Virus record (IMG/VR): IMGVR_UViG_3300033816_000195
Location: 1 to 64,000 of that record
Origin: a virus
Direction: 5' to 3' (one strand)
DNA length: 64,000 bases
Within the stretch, counting starts at the first letter, position 1. Each line of letters opens with the position of its first letter. The notes below the pieces were generated by a model, which made no database searches, was not told the origin of the DNA, and worked only from the letters and a program-made list of their open reading frames with translations. Both the position numbers and the translations under genes were made by a program. Positions 7,437 to 19,400 of the stretch are shown here, one piece after another.

Positions 7437-10400
7437 AATTTTTTAAGTATTTCAGTTTCTATTTTTAACAAATCTTCTTGTGTTTTAGCTTTTTGTAAAT
7501 TTAATAATACATCATTAGCATCTATACCTTTTTCAGCTAAAATTTCATCTATAGGCATAGTATTACGTAAATTCACAAACTGATCTATTAAAGCTTTTCT
7601 TTTACTTTCATCTACAGGAGTAGTAGTTGATTGTTCAACTAGACCAGATTCCATATTTACATTTCTTAATAGTATAGTATTTTCATCTACAAGATCATAT
7701 AAGTTTCTAGAATTTTTAATCCAAGTTCTTGTACCAGTAGGTAAACTTACAATAAATTTATTTGGTAATACTCCATCATTATCAGTTAATGCTGCTTGGA
7801 ATACTTTCATATCTTCTTCTTGTATTGTAGGTGTTTTTGTTGGTTCTCCTGGTTTAACTTCTCCTACTGGTTCTACAGTAGGTTGAGTAGGTTTACTTCT
7901 AAGTTGTTCAACCACTTCTGCTAAAGCTGTAGGATGCATACCTTGACCTCTAGCTTCTAATTTACCAGCATATAATAATGTAGCTCCATCAAGTTTACCT
8001 TGATTAATTTGATTAAGTATCCAAGCTCTTTGGTTATCAAATTTAGCTAAGTCACTAACACTTCCTTCTAAAATTTCTGATTCAGTTACAGCATTGTTTA
8101 ATAACCAATCCTTATACATTCTAACAGCTGCACCTATACTAGCTACTTTTATAGTATTACCATAGCCTGCTTCACTAAAAGGATTACCAAAATGTTCATT
8201 AGGTTTAGCAGATTCAGTACGCATTGTATTAACTCCTTCTGCAGTATATACAAGTCTTGTTTTTAAATCTCCTGACCACTCTCTACTTAAATCTATTGTA
8301 GGTTTAACACTAGTAGATGGTTGAGTAGTAGCCTTAAATGTATTTTCATATACATCTCTAATAGCTTGTTTACCTGCTTCATTTATTTCTCTAGTTCCTA
8401 TACCTGCAAAGTTTTTAGTAAGAGTTGGAACTTCAGACTTAGACCATTCACCATTGATATTTTTATACCATTGATTTCTTACTTGGTCAAATACATATAC
8501 AGGTTTACCGGCTTGTATAGCCATTTCTACTGCGTAACCTGTTCCCCCCTGTACTGCAAATTTAAGAAGCTTTCTTGGTTCTGCAGATTTCTCATCTCCT
8601 TTCCAAATGTCACCTTCTTTACCTAATGTACCAATAGCAAACACAGTATCTGAATTAGCAACCTGAGCCCAATTTCTAATTAGTCTCTGGTCTTTCATTG
8701 TGTTGTATTTATAACCCCACATTTCTTTTGCAGCCTGAGCAACTTTACTTGCTCCTTCTACAGCTATTGGATTATTTGTAATGTCTACATTTCCTAATGG
8801 TGCATTCTTTGGTCCTTTTTCTCCGGTGAAGTAATGTTTGTTATTTACCATACCAAACTCTTTACCTATAACATCCCACTGAGTATCTGATCCAATTGCT
8901 CCACCTGAGTGATTAGTATATTCAGCTGGATTATTTGCTGTTACTGTAGATTGAGTAGAAAGTTTAGCTGGTGTTTTAGGCATTCCAGAAGTCAAATCAG
9001 CCGCTCTTCTAAATGTAAGAGTAATAGTATAATTAGTAATTACTCTACCGTCTGAAAGTTTAATAGGTGGAAAAGGATTCTTCTTTATATTTCCTAATGG
9101 TGTTGTGTGAGAGAGAGCAAATCTTCCTTTACCTTCCATACCAAATGTATATATAGTACCATCTTTAGTAGGGATTTCATTTGTAGGATTTCTACCTTGA
9201 TAGTCTTGTTTATATGCTCCTTGGAATGTTATTTTACCTTTATTATCATCCCAAATACCAAGACCTGAATCATTACCTATTGTATATACAATAACAGGAT
9301 AACCTTCAGCAGATTTAGCTTCTGTTGTATCTCTATGTGGAGCTATACTTTGATTATCTAAATATATATTTCCTAACATTGAATCATAATTAGACATATC
9401 AATACCTAAAGCATTTTGTATTTTATCAATAAGTGGTTGTAATTCTGATAAAGATGGAAGTGTATTACCATCCTGATCAAGTTCATGATAGTCATAAATA
9501 AACTTTGTTTTATCTGTATTTTTTCCTGCTTTCTTTAAAGCTTCTATTTGAGCTTTTGTTTTACTAATACCTGCAAAAGAATCTATAACTAAAGGATTTG
9601 CTTTAAGATTAACTCTTGACCACATATTTCCAAAACTAAACTGCCAGTTAGCATTACCACCTACGTTTTCTTTATAAGCTTGTTTTTCAATTTGAGGAGC
9701 AATTAAATTAATAATCTGTTGTGTATCAGATTCTGTAGGATTAGTTTCAGCTTTAACTACTCCATAATCTGGAGAGATAACTTGAACATTAGTATTTACA
9801 GGAGCTCCTGTAGGTTTAACAGAAGATTTAGGATATACCTCATCAGCTAATAACATCTTTTTACCAGTTGCTAAGTCTACATTTTGTATGTAAACTTCTT
9901 TTGTGGCATTATCTATCATATCATAATAACCATATGAGTTTAGATTCCACTGTGCACTTTCAGGCATAGTTTGTCTTTTACCCGTTACATTATTATAAAA
10001 TTCTGTAAATAAAGTTTTTGGAGTAAAGAATACTTTAGGTTTAATGTTATTACTCTTACTTAAGTATGTGTTATAAGAAGCAACGTCTTCTGCAGACATA
10101 ATAACAGGACCCTCTGATAAACCAGTTAATAAATCAAATGATTCTATAAATTCATCTTTTACTTCTTTAGCATGAGAACCTTTTAAAGGAACAGAATAGT
10201 TCTTGAACATTTCTTCACTTACAACAGTATCATATATTCTATTTAAAATTTTATTTGTATCCTCTGCAGATATAAAATAATTTTTAAAGAAATCATTTAC
10301 TGAACTACGCATTAATTCTTGATACTGTTCAGGATCTAAAGCTTTTGTAAATCCAAATTTAGTAGGCCCAACACCATGCTGATAAAACATCATTAATGAG

Positions 10401-13400
10401 AACTGATTAAATAAGTCTGATATTCTTTTATTTAATTCTGGATCATCAACTTTTTTAATAGTAACATCTCCTAAATTACGCAAGTTAGAGTAATATATTT
10501 CTGCTAACTGTCCTTTTACAAGCTTCTTATTATTTAATTGTAGAAGTTTTACATTAGCTCTTCTTGTTTCAGCAGGTGCAATCTGTGATAATATAGGGTA
10601 TTCTGATTTTACTTTATCTGATAAACCTCTTATAAGATCAAGTATAGTATCTGAATAACTATATTTAGTAGAGCCCATTATATAAGCTTTATTATAACTA
10701 CTTCTTAAAGCTCTTTCAGATAACCATGCTTCATATGCATCTTCAGGAATATTACCTAGTGTACTTAAAAACTCTTTATATGCTAAATCATTTTCTAAGG
10801 ATTCAATAGGATTTTTAACTCTTAACGCCTCTCTTTCTAAAACATATTTATAGTAACTATTTAAATTTAAGAAAGGATTTTGATTAGGTTTAAATACATC
10901 TAGACCTTGTTCTGCATAATTTCTAGCAGTAGTATTTCCTTCTAAAAATACTTTATTATTAAAGTCATCTTCAATAGCTTTTGTATTTACAATCATTACA
11001 CCATTTTCTACAATAGCATCAAAGTCTGCATTATCATCTATTAAAGTAGGAAAGCCTCCAACTTCAGGGCCTACATTAACTAATTTACCATCTTCATTTT
11101 GAAAATTAGAAATATAGTTTTGATATATAAAGTTAATTACACCATTATTATAAGCTTTAGTAAAGTTTTCTTGTCCCTTTATACCTGTTCCAAATTTTGA
11201 TTTTATAAGTCTTCTTTCCTGAACTATTTTATCTGATATAAAAGTACTGATGTCAGCATTTAATCTTAAAGGAAATAATGGTAATATTAAATCTAATATT
11301 AAATCATCTATATTAAATGAAGATACTACAGAGTCTTTAGTTAATCTTTCAAAGGTTCCATTGTCTATTTTACTAGACTGAGTAAGCATTTTATAATTAC
11401 TTTTTCTTTGTCTTACTTGTTGAGTTGTAGTTAATGTTGAAGTATCTGGAGCAAAAGACTGTTGTAAGTTATCCATTCCTTCAAATTGTTTTTCTAACTC
11501 AATAAAGTTCATGAATAAGGCAAGTGATTTTAAACTTGAACCATCATTTGTTGATATACCATCATATAAAGTTTCTAACTTAATATCACCTGCTGGTAAA
11601 TAAGTTTTTGATAAAACTTCTGTTGTAAAAGGAATTGTTGAATTATCTAATAAATCTCCTACCTCACTAGCAGATTTATATAGTATTTTATTATACTTAT
11701 CTTCTGATTGATTATAAAGAAATATCTTATCTACCTCAGTTATTTTTTTAGAGTTTAACTCATTTGCTAAATCATTTATTGATAGCAATCTTCCTTTATT
11801 TGCATTAGGGGTTATAACAAATACATTTTGATCTTCTAACTTTCTAACTGTATTAATAGCAGCTCTTAGTTTTTCACGGTTTACCTTATTTAGTAAATCA
11901 GTTTTTTGTCCATCATTTAATGTATCTAATATAGGTATTGCAATATCATATAGGGCTGTACTCTTAACCTTAGAAGCTTTTTGACCATTTATAATAGTAT
12001 AGTATGCACTATTCATTAATCTTTGGTCTTCCATGTATTTTTTAATCAAAGGTTGATTAACAAACATGAATACTTCTTCTTCATTTACTCCTGCTTGTAT
12101 TAAGTAACTAATTACATTAATACCTTCTGGAGTCATCTGTAGATCAAAAGGAAAAGGATTTTTTGCTCTATCTAATATACCATTAAGATTATGTGAGTTT
12201 AAGTCAGTAATTCTACTACCTTTTTGTGTTTTTTCTCCGGATAATGAAATTACTAATTCACCCTTTTCATTTTTAACTACATTATGTAAAAATCTCATTA
12301 CTAAAGGTAGCTCCAATGGTTTTATAATTAACTCACCTGTATCTAAATTAAAGAACTCATCTTTATATGTATTAGGCATTTTAGCTCCAATAGTTTTAAA
12401 TATAGTATGGTTCTTTGTTATTTTAGCTTGTATACCTAATGAAGGCTCTAAAGATAAATTAGCAGCATGTTTATACAAGTTATAGGTTGCCTCTAATAAT
12501 CTTGTAGGACTTATAACTGTTTTTCTTTTTCCATCTTTATCAGGAGCTGATTTATTAGGCTCAATATTTCCTGGGTTTTTATATCTATCATAACCACTTC
12601 TTGTTTTCTCTAAATACGGTATATATTTATCTACCAAGTGAGTCAAGTTTGGTGTAACTAGATATGCATAGTTTTCAGGAAGAGCTAACAAAGATGTATG
12701 AGTTTCAATATATTTATTTTGTAAATATCTTTTCTGTTGCTCTATTAATTGTTCAGAACTTATTTCAGGAAGTTTTTCAAAATCTTCTTTAGTTAATCTT
12801 TTATTAGAAGCTTTCTTTTCCTCAAACTGTTTCTCAAGTTCTTGAGCTTTCTTTAATTTATTTTCAAAATCAGGAATTCCTTTACTAATGTAATTACCAT
12901 CTTTATCAATGTTAGCCATTGCAAAGAAAAGTTTATCACCATCAAAGTCAGAACCAGCTTTAGCAACTATTTCTGTAGGAACAATAACAGTATTACCAAA
13001 TGCAGGATCTACAAAATGCCATACTTCAGCACCTTCTATAGTATTTGTAGCATCATTTGGAATTCTTGGTCCACCTATAGTAATTGCTTTTCTATTATTA
13101 CCTGTATTCAACCATTCCTCATCTTTGATAAGCTCATTAAGTCTTTCAATGGTACCTATTTTTTGACCTTTATATACTTGGTTTAAAAGATTATTATAAG
13201 AACCTTGTAAACTAATTGCTACTTTCATCATTTTTGTAGCTGCTCTTTCACCAGTTTCTTTATTTATAATCTCTCCTCTTAAATAAAAAGGTAGAGTGTT
13301 AGATCCTAATAATTTTTTTCTTTCTTCTGGATCGGTTACATTACTAAATTGTGTGTCCCACCAACCATTTGTAAATGATGTAGGTGCTTGTACCAGTGGT

Positions 13401-16400
13401 TCACCATTAGTGGTTTGTTTAATTAGTCTTTTTTGGATTACACTCATTAACAACTGCTCAATATCCTGAGACTCAGGATGAATAGAAAGGTCCATTGTTA
13501 ACTGACCGTCATCAGTTGTATTTACTAACTTAACTAAGTGATTAGGTACATCTTTTGCTGATAATTCTTCTCTTATGAATTCAACAAAGTTTTTAAGATT
13601 ACCTTCATATCTTTTAGTTTTTTCATTATACACATAACCTATTTCATTTAATAGATCTGATTGTAATAACTTTGTGTAATCTTTAATGGTATTTAAATAA
13701 CTATCTATTATTTGTTGATTATTTTTATTTTTTATCTCACCATTTTCAAACAAGTTATCTAAAATAATAGCTCTTGTTTGTGTAGCTATTGGAAGCTTGC
13801 CTTTAAATTCATCATTAATTACAGTAACTTCTTTTAAATTAGCTAAGTAAATTGGATTTAATGTAAATTCTACATCATCAGAGATAGCTTTTTGTTGATC
13901 TGAAGCAAATATATTATCTAGTTTACCTGTAGAAGTTAAGTTAGCAGCTTTAGATCCAGAACCAAATGTAACATATTGTACATTTTCTCTAAGCATTTTT
14001 TTATGAAGTTTATCTAATTGAGAACCTTCTTTAGCATTAACACCTGGAATTAAAGGCATAACAGAAAACTTATGCATTGCTGTAGTAGCAATTAAGTCAT
14101 TCTTTAGTGCACCAAAATAATGTAATTTATAAATAGGAAAGTACTGAGCAGCCTCAGCTTGAGTAACTTTTTCACCATTTATAATCTTTTGATATAAGTT
14201 CTCTTGAGCTATAGACCATCCTCTACCTGTTTTATGTAAAGCTCTATATGCATCTATTGTCATATAAGCCATACCATCACCTTCAGTCATTTTCTCAAAT
14301 GCTTCAGCATTTAGTTTTGTAAAATACTCTGCAGTTTCATTATCATATGTTTTAGAAAACTCTTCTTTCCAGGCAGCTTTCATATCATCTAGATATATAC
14401 TTTTTCTTTCTATATCTTGAATAACAGCAGTATTTAATATGTCTGAAAAAACATAATTGTCATAGTTTATTTCACCATTAGTTTTTGCAGTCTCTATTGC
14501 AGCATAGGTTCTTAGCTTTTTTACATTTTGACCTGACTCATTTTCAGTTTCATAAGGTGCATTAAATGTATTATTAATAAAATCTTGAGTGCCTTGATCA
14601 TATAAGAAACCTGTACCATCTGATGTAGCTCCTGGAATCCTTTTAGACCAATCTTCTTTTGCATGATCCCATTGAGCAAAATCACCAAACATTATTATAG
14701 ATGTTTCAAACTTATGTATCCAATCATTATAAGCATATGCTTTAATAATATTATCTGTTATAGTCTTATTATTTCTTATTGCTTTAAGTTCTTCTGATGT
14801 AGGTGACTCAGAAAGTTTAACACCAGCTTTTCTTAAAAGAGACTCAGATAAATAAGGAACATCTTGATAGTAAGTTTTAGAATAATTAGAAACTAATTCA
14901 TTAAAATAATTTTTAAAATCATTAGATACTAGACGTGCTAACTCTCTATCAGTTTTTAATGAAGTTCTTAAATTAACATTTATATTTTCTTCAATAAGAT
15001 TATATAATTTTGTTTTAGTCTCCCGGCTCAGTACAGTATCAAATGCACTGAATACTTCTCCGGCATAAATCTTTTTACCATTAACTTCATCTACTACTCT
15101 ATTATAACCTGTAATTTTTAAAAGCTCATTTCTTTGTGATCCTTTAAACTTTTTTATTCTATCAAACTCTCCTTCTAAGTAACCAGAAAGATATTCAACT
15201 ATAGCATAATTTTCTCCCTTGTTACCCTCAAAGAACATATTGATATCTACATACAAGTTTTTATCAGCACCCTTCTCAAGAACTAATCCATTTTCTATTC
15301 CACCTATAACTCTAAAACCTTGTGAAAACTTTTTCTCAGAAATACGCGGTAGTTCTGCCCAGCCTGCAAGAAGCATACTATGAATCTCTTGTAGAAACTT
15401 GGATTTATCATCTAGTTCAGTAGTAGTATTACCTAGATCATCATTTATATTAGTACCATCTACAGCAATAGCTTCAATATATCTACCTTTTTTTCTATCA
15501 CCATTTTCTTGATATCTATCAAATATACTATTCAGTATTTTTAAATGTCTAGTATAAGTATTTATAGTAGGGTCAAGATAACTCATATAAGAATACTGTT
15601 TATCTTGCCATAGATCTGTTATTTTTTCTACATTGTTAAGAGCATCTAATCTAGCAGAATAGGTACTATAGTTTATGTCTTCATATCCTGTATTACCATT
15701 AGATCTAATTACACCAGCTGTAGCTGAATCATATCCATATTTACCTTGTAATTCAGCAAGTCTTCTTAACTGAGTATTCTCATTAAAGTCCTCTTTTATT
15801 ATTCCTGTAAATACATCTTTTGGTACAGTTGTTTTTAAAGTCTCAAGTGGGTTTAATCTAAATTTATCTAAATATTCTTTTTGAAGTGGAGTTAATGTTT
15901 CACCTGCTTGTTCAAGTAACTGTAGTTCATTAAACTCTATTACAGCATCAAATATATAAGGTAAACCATAGTAATCAGAGTTTTTATCAAGTTCAGAAAT
16001 TATATTTTTGTTTGTATCTAAACCAATACCTATAGCTTGAGCAAACTCTAAAGATTTAGATTTTTTTAAGTTCCCGCTTTTTTCTTTAAACTCAGATACA
16101 ATTGCATTTAAATTTAAAGAAGAAACATTATTTGCACTCTTATTTATATATGGAGTTTTAGGAGAACTCTTAAATTCAGAAATCCATCTACCCTGTATAG
16201 AACTAATAGATAAAGAAGCTTGTACAGATTGTAAATCAAACTCACCATTATCATTTAGTGTAGCAAACAATTGCATGTATTTAACTTTAGCTTTACCAAA
16301 GTCTTGTAAGAATTGTCTACTTATATCAAATTCATAAGTGTTTCTTGTATTTGGTTCAGGATATTTACTTTCAATTAATTGTTTAATTTCCGGAAACTTT

Positions 16401-19400
16401 TCTGCTTCTCTAACAAGAGCATCATAAGCTTTTTGTCTATCTCTTATACCACCAATAGTTTTTGCTACAATATTAAATATCTTAGAAAAATCAGCTCTTT
16501 GTTTAAATCCAAATCTATCTACAGGAGTTTTTCCTTGAGAATCTACTTTAAACAAACTCTTTAATATATAAGCTGTTTCTTTACTCATTAATTGTTGTAG
16601 AGAAACCTTACCCTTTAACTCATCATTATTTATTTCTTCTTGTCTTGTAACACCTTTACCAACTTTTGTTGAGTCAATTGCATTATCCTCACCATCTAGT
16701 ATTTCTGTATAATCTGTTTCATACTTTTTCTTTGCTACTTCATAGTCTGTATTTTCTAAATAGTATTTAATAACACCAGTTTTATTATCTCCCCAGTTAC
16801 TAAGAGCTAATTGTAGTATTCTAATATTATCTAGTATCAGAGCTTGATCATCAGATAAATTTAAATTAGGCTGTAAAGCTTTTTGATTAAGTTCAAATCC
16901 TGTATAAGCTTTTGCCTTACCTTCTACATAGTTATTATATTGTACTTCAGCATCCTCTAAATTAGATACTACAATTATATCTACAGGTTTACCATTCTCA
17001 TTTTTAATTTCTTTATGCTTATAAAAATCAGAAACAATTTTTATAGTACCTGCATATGATTCACCTTTTACTCTTTCACCTTTCTTTAAAGAAGGATCAA
17101 GTTTAGAAAAATCTAAAATTTGAGAAGCTAAGAATACATATTTATGATCACCTTTTTTATTAGTTAATTTGGCAGATGCATAATCTTTTATATTCTGTAA
17201 AGTAGATAACCCATTAAAATCAAAATCTGGTTTTAATTTATTTAGTTTATCTTTTTCTGTTTTAAGTTTATTTTCTAAAACTTCTCTAACATTATTTAAA
17301 AGAATTTCTCTTCTTTGAGTTTCAACAAGAGTAGCGATAGTGATAGCTTTAGCTCCAGGAACATTTTTATATTTCTGATATCTCTCATCTATAATTTCTG
17401 CAATTATAGAATCTATTGTAGACACTAACTGTGTACTATCTTGTTTACTAAGTATATCTTCTCTAGGATTTTCTACATTCCTTACACCTCTGTCTAAAGA
17501 GAATAGTTGAGCATTGGATATAAGTGGCGTATAACTATTTAAATTACCAACTCTCAAATTGTTAAACAATTCTTTTGCCATTGGTGAATTTAATGCATCT
17601 ATAGTAACATCTTTTTTGTTAAACTTCTTAAGAATTTTACCTAATAAAGCTTTTAAAAAATTTAATATTTGTCTAAATAAAGTATTTTTAACCGGAGTTT
17701 TAGTTTCAGGTTTTTCAGTCTTCATGTAGTTTCTGAAATCTTCTGCTAACTTTTCTTCTAATTGTCTTATCTTTGCTGTAGAGTAGCTATAGGTTTCTCC
17801 ATTTTCTAAAGTGAAGGTTCCCTTTAAAGATCTCATCTCATTATATAGATCAGTCTTTTGTTGAGGAGTTAAGAATAATTGTGAGAAAGCATGCCATGCC
17901 TCATGATATATTGTTAGATTTTGGAATATACTACCTTTCTGAACATTATAATTTATCTTACCAAGTCTATCTGGATTTGCTAAAGTTCCCGCACTTACAA
18001 TAAAAGTAGCATATACATCTGAATTTACTATATTCATTATAGGATTCAAGTCTATTGCATCTCTCATGGCTTTCATTCCAGGACTATTCCACCAATCAAT
18101 AGACTGTTTTATTTTCTTTGCACTTATTTTTTCATCTAAGTTTTTTCCTTTTCTAAATAATCCATCTATTAAATCATCAGGTTTATTAGAGTTAGTTGGA
18201 TTATTATGAGGCTGAGGAGCTTCTGGCTGAACAATATTTTGTATTATATCAGTACCATTTTTAATTTCAGCACCATCAACTTTATTATCTATAATGCTAT
18301 TTATATAATTAATTTGTTTTTGTGAAAAGTAATTTATTAAACTGTCAAGTACTTCTCTAGCAAATTCTTTAGTGTACTCGGGATTATTTTTTATTTCATT
18401 TACTAATAGTTTAGTTAAATGAAATGGTTCATTTCCCAAAATACCTTGACGAGCCATCTGATCAGTATATTCTGGTGAAGTTATTATATTATATAATCTT
18501 GTTGCTTCTATATCAGCTGCAGTAGTAGTATTTACAGGTATGAATTCATCATCAACAGGTTCTTGTGTTTGTTCATCTGTAACTATATTAGAAATTGCAG
18601 GACCTGTAGGAGCATTAAACTGTAATGAATAGTTAAAGAATCCTGGGTTATTTTCTATGAGTGAAATATTAGGATTTTGAGCAAGTATTAAATCATAATA
18701 ACTTTTTCTTTCAAATGTTTTACCACCTTTATAAACTCTATATGAGTTATTTCTTAGTGCATCATTATCATAACTTATAAAAGTATGATACCCTTTATAA
18801 CCTTTAGTTAAAGCATTAAATAAATCTTCAGAAGCTTTTGCTGTATTTTCATTATTTAGATTAGTATTAGATAGATTATATTTAGCTATTTGGTTTATTA
18901 GGTTAGGTTTCTCATATATATTTAAGAACAATGAGTTTTTTTCAAAATTATATGTTATGTCAAAATTTCTAACACTTTTTGTCATTCCTATAGGAATGAA
19001 CTGTTTAATAAAATCATATTTTTCTTGAACGGTTAATTCTGAATTTATAATGATTTCTGAAATTTGTTTTGCTATATCATTATTTATTCTCATCCTATCA
19101 ATAGGAAACTGTTCACCATTTATTCTTATGGTTCCTCCACCTTGCTTTACAATACCATTTTCTTTTGATTCAGTTTCAATTGTTTCTATAATTTTTTTAG
19201 ACTGATTAGGAAATGTTATTAAGTTTTCTAGAGATATAGTTGTAGCAGAATCTAGAGTAGTTACACCATTAGTCATTCCTGTAATAGGTAATAAGTAGGC
19301 AGCATCTGAAGGCTTTCTTCTTAAAGCAGCATCTTGTATTTTTTTAAGAGTTGCTAAGTCTTCCTCTTGTTCTTTTATTATTGAATCTAAGTAAACTTGT

